From the NCBI GenBank assembly GCA_009602725.1, contig WELB01000010.1, forward strand, positions 574,535 to 638,534: a stretch of 64,000 nt of DNA, written 5' to 3'. Origin of the DNA: Spirogloea muscicola (Eukaryota). Of this stretch, positions 24,561 to 36,689 are shown piece after piece. The notes beneath the pieces are model-generated. The model was not told where the DNA came from and searched no databases. It saw only the letters and a program-made list of their open reading frames with translations. The translations under genes and the position numbers were made by a program. Numbering within the stretch: the first letter of the stretch is position 1; each line of letters opens with the position of its first letter.

Positions 24561-25291
24561 GGGTGAGCTCCAAGACGGCAGCACTCAGCAGAATGAAGTG
24601 ACTACCACATATAGCCCCTCAGCAATTCCTAGGCAAGATGGGAGAGAAGTGGAGGGGCCCTGGGGGAGGCGATGGCACTCTCACCAGCGTCGCCCCAAGC
24701 CCTGGCCCTCCTGGCCTGCCCATCACGGGCTGCCACACCTGGTGCAGGCCATCATCTCGGTTTTGTACACCTTTGTACACTGCATCACCTCTGCCACTAT
24801 CTACACAATCTCCTCCGCACTCGGCTGGCTTTGACAGCTGCACCTGAGTAGCAATAGCAATTGTATAGTACATACTAATAATCTCTTCTGTCAGCAACGG
24901 CGTCAACCCAGGGTCGGTCATGTCCAACAAAGTCGATGTGTGGGCTCCAACACGAGCTGGACTACTCCATCAAAAAATTCTAGCATGCACTGTGGTTTGA
25001 TGTTTTTCGACATAGAAGGCACCAGCTTCACGCTGCCATGCTTAGCCCCTCACACTGTAAGATGCCGCTATTCCTAAGCTAAGTGCCGATGCTTGAGGCG
25101 ATACAATGGTTGAATCTCAATGCATTCATCTCCAGCGAGCTACAACCAGCACTCTGGAGGCGGAAGTCTCACCAGGAAAAACACATAATACAGATCTGCA
25201 GCAATTGAAGGCCATGTAGGCATTGTATCATATGGCATTGTTTGTCTAGTACAACTGGTCCCTCTAATTTGAGGGGTCAACCCGCTAGCTA

Positions 25292-26771
25292 TCACATTGC
25301 ATTCTGGAAATGTACATCGTTGAATAACTCTGGCATGTGAGCGTTGGTGACCTTCATCCTTGCGGTCATCTTCCGCTGTTTCTGCTTGGGCTTAGGCTGT
25401 TGCTTCCTAACAGCAGCCATCATCTGGCGACGGGCTGGATCAGACACCGGCTTAATGCCAGCCTTAATCAACTCTCGCTCAACATCTACAAATTCCCGAG
25501 GAAGCTCAATGCTCCTGAGCAGTTGCTTCAGGTCGTCTTCCACTTTAAAACCCATGAGTTTCGGATCGTTGGGATACACTACCTCTTCGTTATTGTCTGT
25601 ATTTGTTATTGCCCAAATCTGGCCAGCTGCTTTGAGTTCCTGTCGCAGCAAAGGCAAGGCAATGACCGTTTGACAGAATGCAAACAACCATGATAGTGGC
25701 TCTTGCATAGCCAGTCCACAGCAATCACAGGCAATAATAGGTGGTGACCACTAAGGGAATAAGCCCAGGCGTTGACTGACCTGGACATCATTCAGAACCC
25801 CTGGATACGCGTCCTTGATGTCAGCAATAGGGGTTCCATCCAAGATTTGCCGTATGAGTTTCAAGAGCTGCTCCTTGTTTTCCAGTTCATGCTTGGCCTG
25901 GTCACGATGATGAATGTGAGCTGAAGAACGATAAGTGTGAGGAGATGACATGATGGCAGACAAGCAACACGGTCTCAAACAGCAAAAAAGACGTGCACTT
26001 GCGTCCAAAGTTGCTGCTCCTTCTCAGGGGCAAACAAGAGGGGCCGGCATCCTTCGGGGCCAACTGCTTGCCTTGTAAGAGTATCGCGTGCCATCAAAGG
26101 CGACCTTGACATTAGCCTTCAGATTCTCCTGAAGTTCTTTGTTCTTATCAATATCAACATAGAGGGTGCTATATATCTCCTGCGTTGTGAATGCCTTCCT
26201 CTCCTGACACATCCAGATGAGTCATGACTGCGTGAGCTGGTTGGCATATGCAGCAATGCTTGCTGCTGCTTGCTTCCCTGTGCATCATGATTTGGAGTCG
26301 CTTCTCCGCACAACGTCGCCCTTGTTGACATCATTATCAGCGTATACGAGAAGAAGTGACGGCAAAGACCTTGTCATCATTCTGTAGTTGTGACCACAGA
26401 AGATTGTATGGTGCCCACTGAAGTAGACCAGCGACAGCGTCACTCACTAGCAGCAGAAGATCGATGACTTTCTTCATCTGTGCTCCAACAGGTAGCCGGC
26501 GTACGTTCTCCATCTGGACGTACTTGTCGCTCTCCTGTAGGAACTTGTACTTGGCCATCTGTTGCTGGTGCTGGGCGCCATATGCAGAAACCTGCTGGAC
26601 GGCGGGCTTGCTGGCAAAAACCTTCGTGGTCGTGACAATCGATACCGTCGCCACGGGCGGGGCCGCCCCGGCGGGCTTCCGCGTCGCCGCATCTTTGGAG
26701 AGCCGCTCGGCTGCATCCTTGGCGAGGCGCTCCTGCTGCTTGTTGAACTTGGCGAGCTGCTCCCGCAACAT
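25292..26771 (-). CDS. GTF2E2: General transcription factor IIE subunit beta; 4 exons, one GC-AG intron
   Basis: MLREQLAKFNKQQE; PVGAQMKKVIDLLL; NLKANVKVAFDGTRYSYK|AKHELENKEQLLKLI; IKDAYPGVLNDVQ; VVYPNDPK..KVEDDLKQLLRSIELP; KVTNAHMPELF. Confidence 0.92.
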
Positions 26772-27099
26772 GCCCCGCAGGATGCAGCGGGCGCGCACCA
26801 AGCTGGCAGAGAAGGGGCGCCGGCGCAGGAAGGCCGGCCGCCTCTGCCGGCGCCGGCCACGGCCCGCGGCGCGGGCGCGGCGCCGGCGTTGGGCTGCGGC
26901 GCTGGGGCGCCGAACTGAGAATGACAGACATTACAGACCAACCCCAATGGATTTTATAGACCGGTGGCACGCCACAGCCCGCAGCAGTGAAACTGGCGAA
27001 ACGACGGGATGGCGTAGACGACGTCCGCCTCAAGGCTTGAGGGCATTGCTAGCGGCAGGGCAGAGAGAAGTACAAGTAAGCTCTTCCACAGAAGCGTCC

Positions 27100-27208
27100 C
27101 CCTTATTAGTCTCCCCCTTAGCCAGCTCATTACCCAGTTGACAGGACATTTGTAAGGTTAGAGTTGGCCTCCCTTTCAATTCCATGCGCACCGCGCGCCT
27201 TTTTCTCT
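27100..27208 (+). mobile_element. Family 2 retroelement 3' end in the TFIIE-beta / ClpR3 divergent promoter
   Basis: gccagctcattacccagttgacaggac...gagttggcctccctttcaattccatgcgcaccgcgcgcctttttctctc, closely matching 31793-31878. Confidence 0.8.
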
Positions 27209-27362
27209 CACAGAGAGACGGCCCGCGATGTTCATGAATTGGAAAGGGGTGGCCAATGCAAGCGAATACATTGTCCAAAGAGCAGACACCGGGATGGTGG
27301 GGTGGCAGAAAGCCTGCCCAGCTGTAGGTTTAGGGTTCAGCAAAAGGTTAACAGTGGGACTG

Positions 27363-29669
27363 ATGAGCTGNCGCCGCGGCAGCTGGGACGGCCGCGGCCC
27401 GGGTGCCTCGTCCCTGCGGCCGGGCTTGCACCTGGGGCGGCCAGGAGCCGGGCGCCTCGCAGGCGCGCATGCTGGCCGCTCGAGGTGGACCATGTCCGTG
27501 GTCTCCCGCCGCTCCAGCGCCGTGCTACCGCCGTTTCAGGATGCGTTCCTCCCCTGGCTGGAGATGGCAGCCGCCTCGGAGGAGGGCCAAGACCAGCTGA
27601 GCGACGCAGCCAAAGGCAATTACGACGGCCCGCCGCTCCTGGACATCGCGGCAGCGAAGATGGTGCAGCGGCAGATGACGGCGCCTGCACAGGTGGAGAG
27701 GGGCGGCAACTACGGCGAGCACCGGCCACGGCGGCCCCCGCCTGACCTGCCTTCCCTTCTCCTCAACAGCAGGATTGTGTACATCGGCATGCCAGTAAGC
27801 GTGGACTGCCTGTAGGGTCCAATTGCACCACGGGTGGAATCACAGCCTGACAAAATCTAATAGGGTTGCCTCTTGTTCTTGATGATTGTACCATCCTGCT
27901 GAAGGTTGTCAGGGCTTCCCTAGAGGTGCTCTGATGGTGTATTTGCCTAAAAAGCAACCCTCCTTATGAAACAGCCGTGAATTGACTTCATACACTGATC
28001 TCAAGGCTTTGTGGTCTTCTTCGATCATAGGAAAATGAATGAAATTATCAATCAATTGTGATGACCTATCTAGCGAGATGTCTGCATCTTTTTGTACAGC
28101 ACTGATAAGGATTCACAAGGGTACTGGTATGTCGACTGCAGCTTGTACCGGCTGTTACAGAATTGGTCATTGCTGAGATTCTCTATCTCCAGTGGCTAGA
28201 CCCAAGACAGCCAACCTATATCTACATCAACTCCACTGGGACGTCACGTGCTGATGGTGAAACAGTATGTCTCCAAGCAACATGCATGGCTCGGCAGAAC
28301 ATATTACTCGGAGGTTCGGAACCATGCATCTCAGCGGCATGTGATGTTTCATATTCCTGTGTGAAAATTTTTATGTATATGGACACTGTCTTCTACTTGG
28401 CTGAGTCTTCAGGTTGGCATGGAGACAGAAGGCTTTGCCATCTATGACACCATGAGACAAGTCAAAAACTCGGTAAGTGACGATTTGGCACAGCTACAGC
28501 TTTCTACCTAGGTGAAGAGTTAAGGGAGCATACAAGCTATAGGAGTTGGAGCGTAGTCTGATCCCATGGCTGAGTCTTGGATTGAGTAGCTGAGTGTGAG
28601 ACATTGTAGGTGTTCTAATTTTCTGGACGCACAGTCAGAGGAGAAGCACTACTGCACCTGAAGTGGTTGACTGCCGCTTGGCTTGCATTCAGATTCAAAC
28701 TGTGGGCGTAGGAGCTGCTATTGGTCAGGCCTGCCTTCTTCTTGCAGCTGGTGAAAGAGGCCGCAGATTCATGCTCCCTCATGCCACAGGTGGTTGAGAT
28801 GGCCTCCTCTTCGGACGACGTTTTAGTAGTCTGTGATAGAAGTGGAAGATAGGTTCCTTGGTAAATATACACAAAAGCTGCAACAATGTCATTAGGCTTA
28901 TTGCCAGCATTGACTAGTTGCCATATGTTTTTCAGCCATGATTCAGCAGCCACGCTTGCCCTCAACTGGCCAGATGAGTGCCATTGATGTTCACATCCGA
29001 GCAAAAGAGGTACGACACGTACCCCAACTTTTGATGGCATTGCTGTCGCACGTGAGTGACGCTACTTCCTTGCAGTAATTGCCAGGCTTCTTCTGGATGT
29101 CACTTCTGGCCTCACACTGAAGTTGGCAATGCTTTTACTCGCTAGGTTATCAACAATCGGGATTGCCTTGTGAAGCTCTTGGCACGTCACACAGGCAATG
29201 TAAGGCATTGTTCGGCCTCCATAGAGGAACCATGGGCTGCTTTGCAAAGCGAGGTCTCGTACAGGGTCTTGTGCACTTCATCTTAATATATGTCAGATTT
29301 AAAGAGCTGCCAAATTTCATGCGCACTACTGACACTAAATTTCATCTGCTGCAATCAGTCCGTGGAGAAAGTATCGAAAGTCATGGAGAGGCCCTACTAT
29401 ATGAATCCTCAGAAGGCCATTGCTTTTGGTGTTGCAGACAAGGTGGGCAGGGATACCAACAACCTTCGTCATCTGTATGTGCTCGTTCATTGCTGCCTCG
29501 TTCACAGTGGTGCAGACTGATCAAGCCTTGTTCTTCTGTGATTGCGCGTCAGGTCCTTTGGAGAGGGCAAGAGGCAATGGCTGACACATTGTCAGCAGAG
29601 GCTTGGGACAAGAATGCGGGCATCCGAGTGGTAGAGCGGCCTATGAATTATGCAAACCCCGCAACATAA
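27363..29669 (+). CDS. CLPR3: Plastid Clp protease non-catalytic subunit ClpR3; 8 exons, 5' end uncertain (n at 27371)
   Basis: RPRRPPPDLPSLLLNSRIVYIGMP|LVPAVTELVIAEILYLQWLDP..YINSTGTSRADGET|VGMETEGFAIYD; GAAIGQACLLL (catalytic Ser absent); RPYYMNPQKAIAFGVADK|VLWRGQE..WDKNAGIRVV. Confidence 0.92.
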
Positions 29670-30216
29670 GCTCTCCTGTAGATCTTGACCACATAACAAT
29701 TTGGTTCCCAGAGTCTGGGCCTCATTCCCAGCAGGTCTTTAACCTAAATTGTAATGCCCGTGGTTTCTGTACTGGCTGCGCATATTTTGAAGGAGGTGGT
29801 GGTATAAGTGCATCTCTACAAGCAGACCTCTTGCTCAAATTTCTTTGCTAGTCAAGTGCAGTGAAAGAGGTGTTGAAGTCTGTGTTGCTCATAAGTGCTA
29901 GCTAGTAAGTCGTTTGTTTAAGCCACGTGCATACTAGACTTGGAATACCCCATCTACTTTAGAGAACAAATGTTAGTTGTGGTCATAAGCTGCCAATTTG
30001 AGAAAGCAATCAACTGTGGGCTTACCAGCAAGGAGAAGTGCTGTGCAAAGACACCACATTCCATTTCAAGCAGGTGTCACAAGAATACCACCACTACTCA
30101 AGAGATTCTGCTTCTCTTTGAGATGTAGCAGTCCTTATATCAGGAGCTAAATTTGTACTTGGATGGCCGTTGTAGAAGCCACGCAGTAGCTGAAAGTAAG
30201 AAATCTTCATGCTCCA

Positions 30217-30835
30217 TCATCTTCGCATGGTCTTTGAGAGTCTCTGCAAGTGATAGTTTATGGGCGGAACCTGTTTGTTTCTTTTCGCCTGCAGGATAAG
30301 CAAAGCTTTCATATCATTGCCTGTTCGCTGCCAGCCAGCAATCTGACGATCCTTTGCCATCAGCAGTTGGCAGATTGACATGGGTGTGCCCATGCAGCAG
30401 CAAGCGATTCTTGCACACAGTGCGCCTGTATATTTACAGGCTGGCCCCTATGCGAGCAATTAAAGGCAGCAGGTGGTCAGTCGACTTCTCCACGACTTTA
30501 CTGCTAACTTCCATATTCTGATATCCGAGCTGTGGTCGGACTTGCATGACCATCAACTCTCACCACACGCTAAGCAGACCAGCACGTTGCGTCCGTGAAA
30601 GTTAGACGCTGCCCACAGAGCTAGCAGCAGGTGACGTGGTAAAGGGGCAGGAAGGACTTGCCTGCAGCTCCATGCAGGCGTTGAGGGCGCGCTTCTCAGC
30701 GCCGCAGTTGTCGGAGTTGAAGCTGGCGTACTTGAGGCAGGACATGAAGGCCATCATCTCAGTGAAGCAGGACAGCACCTTGCGGCCGCCGAGTGTGCGC
30801 GGGTTCACGCGCAGCACCTCGCTCTTCTTCCCCAT
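30217..30835 (-). CDS. Twin CX9C (CHCH) protein, mitoribosomal mS37-like; 2 exons (30835-30662, 30288-30217) joined by a GC-AG intron
   Basis: MGKKSEVLRVNPRTLGGRKVLSCFTEMMAFMSCLK...CGAEKRALNACMELQ|AKRNKQVPPINYHLQRLSKTMRR*. Two CX9C motifs plus the INYHLQRL motif. Confidence 0.8.
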
Positions 30836-31330
30836 GGGGCACTGCCGCTGGGCCGCCCAGCGCAACGGGATGACAAAACCTACTCCAAGCAAGCCACCGC
30901 CGCTGCCGACTTGGAGACTCAGACGCCTTCAGGTCTAAAGCCCAGCAGCCGGCCAGCCTCGTCGGCAGCAATACACTCTCAGCTCCAACGGGGATCCGCA
31001 CTCCAGCCGGCGATCTGACTCCCCGGCACCTCGAGCTTGCCGGCGTCGGCGCCACGAGCCTCGTGGTGGCCAGCCCTTGCAGGCGGCCGAGCTCGACACC
31101 TGACCGCAGGCGGAGCCGCCGCCGCCGCAGGGTTTGATGTGGGGCTGATGGTGGTGGGGGCTTTGGGGCTGAGACAAAGCCACACGGCCGGCGGCGCACG
31201 GCCTACGGCGCGACTACTGCCAGCCTGCGGCCGCCAGTTGCCGACGGTGGAGCGGGCCGCGGAGCTGGGACGGCAGAAGCGGCTCGCCGTCCATCGGAAA
31301 GACGAGTGGCGAGAGCGAGTGCCCCTATCC

Positions 31331-31878
31331 TCCTTCAATCTACGGTGGGTTATGTAGGTCTTAAGATGTGCTTGCCTTTGTACTTGGCCGTTTGGCCTTC
31401 GTTTGTTTCAAATACACGAAATTTCCTTCAATCTACTGTGGGTTATGTAGGTCTTAAGATGTGCTTGCCTTTGTACTTGGCCATTTGGTCTTCGTTTGGT
31501 TTAAGTACACGAAATTTCATATACTCCAGCCCCTATCCTCAATGGGCGAGCCCTTTCCTCGAGAGTGAACGTGGCTGCTGGTATGGAAAGAGCGGCAGAA
31601 ACTGGAAGCGGAAGACGGCACCACTTGGGCAGCCCCCCGCCGTCTACAGCGCTCCCAGGCACTCGCGATACACCAGCGTGCTGGCCGTGTGCACTAGCCC
31701 AGGCTAGTGGCTTCCGTGGTGGTGGTTTGGCGCCTCAGTATAGCTTGTCAGATATGCATGTGCTTCACTGGGGGATATTCGGTGTCCCCCTCAGCCAGCT
31801 CATTAACCAGTTAACAGGACTTTTGTAAGGCCAGAATTGGCCTCCCTTTCAATTCCATGCGCACCGCGCGCCGTCTCT
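31331..31878 (+). mobile_element. Cluster of retroelement 3' ends (family 4 tandem pair, then families 1, 3, 2) between the mS37-like gene and APH1
   Basis: About 94-bp tandem duplication 31331-31520. Family 1 tail ~31525-31560. Family 3 fragment (-) ~31570-31600. Family 2 copy LQRSQALAIHQRAGR/ALAQASGFRGGGLAPQYSLSDMHVL plus UTR at ~31644-31878. Confidence 0.82.
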
Positions 31879-31962
31879 CGCCGCCACCTCGTCTCGGACG
31901 CCCGCGCCCGGCGGCCGCGGCGGCGGAGGCGGCGGCCCCCTCGCCGGCGCCTTCCTGCCGCA

Positions 31963-34058
31963 CGCTCGCTGGTGGGCCTGGGCCCCGCGCTGGCGCTGGC
32001 AGCGCTCGTGCTGCTGCCCAAGCCCGTGCTCACTCTCGCTGCGCTCTGCAGGTAGTAGCAAGCACTCCTCCGCTGCCCCCACTGCGTCGTGTCGGCTCGC
32101 TGGGCGGCCGAGGGCCTGTGCGAAGGCGAGCGCGACACTCGCAATCGCAGGCGTCTCCAGCAGAGGCCCGGCGACGCATTTGCTCCACATCCTCGCCTCT
32201 GAGGCTCGCGCTGAAGCAATCTCTGGGGCTCAGCGCTTGGGCAGAGCCTAAGGAGGCCCGATCCCCTCGACAAACTAGAGCCCGCCAGCTTGCTATCGAG
32301 CCCGGGGCCCACCAGCTCACTTCCCCCCCGCCCCTTCCCCTGCCTGTCCCTGCACAGCACCTTCTACTGGCTCGTCACCATCATTGCGACCGCTGGCCTC
32401 ACTCGCCTGCTCCTGCCCTCTGCGCCCCCCACATGGTTCCTGGCCTTGCTCCTGCTCGTGGCCGTCGCCTGTCAGGAGTTGGCTCGCATTGGGCTCTGGA
32501 GGATTGCCAGGCGAGTTGGCCCTCGTGCAGTGCAGCGCCAATTCACAATCCGAGTGTTGTTCCTATTCTTATGCTGCTCTAAGCATGTGTGTCTTGCTGT
32601 GCCGTCTTGATACCTTCACCAAAAACCTGTGGAACGCTCTTCGGCGCAGCAACAATCGTAGTCACACACAGATTTAGAGTTGCACTGTCAGTTGGTAGGT
32701 CTCGGCCGTGCTTGTAAGCTCCATTTCCAACAGCCCCAGCTCATCAAGTTGCTTGTTGCTCACTATCTTTACTTGCATGCATACAGACATTTACTTCGTG
32801 CGCTCCAACTTATTGCTCGCCGTCAATCAAAGGCGCCTCTTTCCTTCAGTGACAAGGTGCAGATTTATTTAGGTAAAGAACCATCACTAGCATGCCCAGA
32901 CTTTCACAAAGAACGATCTGCTTTGACATTTATCCGTGTAGTTTGGACCCTGCTGGTGTCTGCATCCCGTGAGCAGTCGATTGTGCATGAAGTCAGGGAG
33001 GCAACCCCTTGCTTGCAAGCTAGAACCTGCCCTTTAGGATTTCCTGCGTCTGGCTTGCTCTTCTGGTGGTACAGGAAGTTATTGGTGTAGATTGAGAGGG
33101 AACTTGGACAATGTCATTGAACTCTTAGCTCCATCAGTCGATGGGCTCAGAAGCCATGTCTTCTCTTGGTGATTACCACATGCATCTATCTCGGAGCAAG
33201 CTCTGAGTTGCTCTACTGGTGTAGTTGCTCAATGACACCCCTGCCAAGTGCAGCTGCAGGGTTCGGTCATGGACTTGCCCACTCGTTGCTGTTCTTCCTG
33301 AGCCTCATGACCCCTGCAATGGGACCAGCAACATACTATGTCTCTGCTTGCCCCCAGATGCCTATTTTCCTGGCCATGGGTAATCTGTCACACCAATGTC
33401 TAGTGAAGCACAAGCACAGTCTTGACTACCACCGGTCAAAATCGATGTCTTGAGTAGTGTGCTGTTGACAAATTTCATTGCAGTTGTTACATGTGCACAG
33501 TGTCGTCAGTATTCTTATGCAGCCCGATATGCTCTGATTGAAGCAATCTGATGACATCCTAACTTGTGCTGCATGCAGCAATCGCATCTTCTGCCTTCTT
33601 CATCATACATGCACTTAGTATGATTATGGCTTTTGACGGTTACGGGGAAAACAGCAGTCACCAATATTATGCTCCAATTATTCACTTTGCAGCAGCATCG
33701 ACTGTGAGTGAACATCATATGCAACAAACTCAAGCATCGTTTTAAAGCGACTGACCATGGGAAGATGACGCGTACCTGCGCAGACACTTTGTACTTCCTG
33801 AACGTCAATAGTTGTGAATCATTCAGGCACTTGCAAATAATAATACTGACTGGTGCAGGTTTGCTACCATTTTTGCAGACGCTCTTGAATCTTGCTCCAA
33901 GTGGTTGCCTTGTTGGATTACCACTTCTTTGGATCATCGTAGTTTCTGCAGTCTCTGCCTGCCACAGCATTCTGTGGCGGAAGAGCAATACAGTGCAGCA
34001 GAGTGTTGTGCATCGTGCTGGTCAATCTAGTACTCTCCACACGAGACAAGCTGATTGA
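31963..34058 (+). CDS. APH1: Gamma-secretase subunit APH-1; no in-frame ATG visible at the 5' end
   Basis: SLVGLGPALAL..PKPVLTLAALCS|TFYWLV; VACQELARIGLW; DKVQIYL|AAGFGHGLAHSLLFFLSLMTPAMGPATYYVSACPQMP; IIHALSMIMAFDGY; IIHFAAAST|TLLNLAPSGCLVGLPLL. Stop at 34058. Confidence 0.88.
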
Positions 34059-34355
34059 TTTAACACGGGCACATAAGCAAGTGAATGATACGTTAGGATG
34101 CTTATGCCAATGCTGCTTGCATTCCTTTGGGCAGATGAGCATTTTATGCTCAGTCATGTACTGTGACTTCCTATTGAATTGTCAGGACGACTAAGATGCG
34201 GTATTCTGCGAATAAATGCAAATGTCATTGTCATTGGCATGACTAATTTTCACATATTGTACATATACCTTTGTTTACAGCTAGCTCTCTGAGGGCACTG
34301 CCAGTCTACTCACTCCCAGACTTGCAGTGCTGAAGCTTGATACCTCAGATTGCAC

Positions 34356-36505
34356 CTAGTCAGCAACAAGGCGAGCATCTGCCCAAGCGGTTCTTATGAC
34401 GCGCTCTACTTCACTAGCTTCTGGATGGAGAATGGAGATTGTTGCCTCTGTTGCGTTTCGCTCATCATGCTGGCTTGCATACAGCCGCACCTGTCAGTGA
34501 ATTAAGGTATCATCAGTTTTTCAAATGAGACGATAATAAGAGAATGCGACAAGCCAACAAAGAATATGTCGCCTTATGAGCACCTATACAGCACAGCAAT
34601 GATGAGCTAAACGACATTTGAATGGGGTCATGCGTTTAACAACAGGTCTTGCAGCTTGCTATTGTCACCAGCATCATCAGCTTATCTGGCATCAAGGGTA
34701 ATATAGAGAAAAGTACTGCTATACTACAGTGAGGAAAACATCAGACTAATCTAAGCACAAGAGAAGCAAATTACTGTTCATTTTGTTTGCTCAATAACGT
34801 GCCTGGTGAGCCTGACAACAGCAGAGGAACTGCGGATTCCGCTCGTCCAGCTCGATGTCTTTCAGGAACCGGAAGTCTATGAAGGATGTGTCAACTGCAC
34901 AAAGCATTTACCCAGGTAAGCAACTCTGCACTTCACTAGCAGCTTCACCAGTACCACGTCCAATTGATGAAGGCAGTACCTTAACTATCTGAAAGTTGGC
35001 AAGACTGGGTACCGTTGCAACTGGTCACTTCAGAGCAACAACACCTGCTGCATTCTTTGCATGAATATGCAAGCACGAGCAACCAGCACGTCACCCTTAT
35101 ACTCTTGCTCTTACCGTCGTCACAACAGGCAACAATGGGAGCAGGTATTGTTGTCCAGCGGATGCCCTGCTGGGTAATTCGCCAAGACGTGAAAGCAATG
35201 CAGCAGGGGCAGAGCTCACGCCGCAACCAACCTAGGATCCTGGTCAAGAGCACGCCTTTTGCTGTGACACGTGAAATGTAAAGGAGCTGAAAACATACTC
35301 AGTGTGCTCGTGCACTTACGAGTTGTGCATGAGCATGTACAACAAAGTCAGTGCTAACTTTCAAGTCATGAAGCCAGATCGCAACATATGTAATTTTCGC
35401 CAGGGTACTATGCGTGAATCAGCCGTACAACATGTCAAGCATCAAGAAGGTGGGGCTATGTCTGTGATAGTAAAGCTCGACATGGCCAGGATGTCAGCAA
35501 AGGTGCAGACGAATGATTACCCATGATTATATGCACATCCCCTGGCAGGTGTCCTGCCCACCCAAAGCGGAGCATTCCTTTGAGCCTCAATCTTCTTATG
35601 CTGTGTATACAGTGCAGAGCTTCAGATATCGAAGCTAGCCGAGTTCGTTTCACAAGGTGCTCGAGATAAGGGCAGCACATGAAGAACGACGCGTCTTGAT
35701 TCATGATTGAAGTGTAGAGCAAACAGGCAGTATTGCTACACGCCAGAAGAGTTTCAGCAGTGGGTTCCACCTTGCACGCTCTGAAAGAGAGATTGATAGA
35801 AGAACAATCAGCACTGTCAGGCAGTTGTGAAAAGTTAACCTTGATGACAGCCAGGTTCTCCATGATGCTGAGGCGGTCCCCAAGGCAGGAGATGCCCATC
35901 TCCCGGAGGTGCTCCTCAGTGAGCTGCATCAGCACGCGGCCCGTGACGCGGTGCTTTTGGAACGTGTCGGCGAGGTAGGACAGGTCCAGCCGATTCAGGA
36001 ACTCCTGCACAACGTGCTCTGTGCTCCAGTCTGCACATGGCGGCAGAGAGGCGGGCCGCACGGCGTGAGGCCGCCTTCACGCCCGCCTGAGACCTTGGGT
36101 TTGCACCGAGCACGACAGAGGCTGTGAAGCTGGAGTTGCAGCAGCTAACAGCGGAGCCCGAGTGCACCATCGCTCGGTGACCAACGGGAAAGTAAGCAAC
36201 ACAGAGGGGTCGCTCTCGACGCAGTGGTCGCGTCGGGTGTGCAGCTCAATGGTCGCCCAGAGCCAGAGCGGCTGCTCGGCCAGCACCGAGCCCCCTTTCT
36301 ATCCACAAGCCCAGCGGACGTCGTTCGTGCCTCGGGAGCTGTTCAGTGTGCGGGGAGGAGGGCGGCGCGTCGGGCTCTCACGGTGGATGACGTCGGGCTC
36401 GAGCATGCGCAGCTCCCGGGCCACCTGCGCCGCGTCCTCGGGCACCATCGCCTGCGGCGCCGGCGCCTCCAGCAGGCTGCTGCCCTCGTCCTCGCCCGCC
36501 GCCAT
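34356..36505 (-). CDS. SAM-domain protein with a Cys-rich, possibly PH-like C-terminal domain; 6 exons
   Basis: SAM motif WSTEHVVQEFLNRLDLSYLADTFQKHRVTGRVLMQLTEEHLREMGISCLGDRLSIM. Downstream exons splice in frame (HKKIEAQR..AYNHG|ILGWLRRELCPCC..WRITQQGI..ACCDD|VDTSFIDFRFLKDIEL..LCCCQAHQ|VRLYASQ..AWADARLVAD*) if one GC donor is allowed. Confidence 0.75.
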
Positions 36506-36689
36506 GGCGTGCCCTGCGGCAGCCCGAAGCCCGGCGGGCCGGCGCCGCCGCAGGGGGCCGGGGGCTGGCGGCGCAGGCCGCGACGCCGCAGCTCGGCCAC
36601 GCCCGCTCGCTACGGCGACGTGGTGGCGGACGTTGTCGTGGTGGCAGACGAGGTGAAGCCCGGCAATGGCAGTGTGAGGCCAGACAAAT

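Noticed and set aside
24600..25200. ORF 24619-24930 downstream of TFIIE-beta
   Set aside because: No recognisable motif or consistent exon chain.
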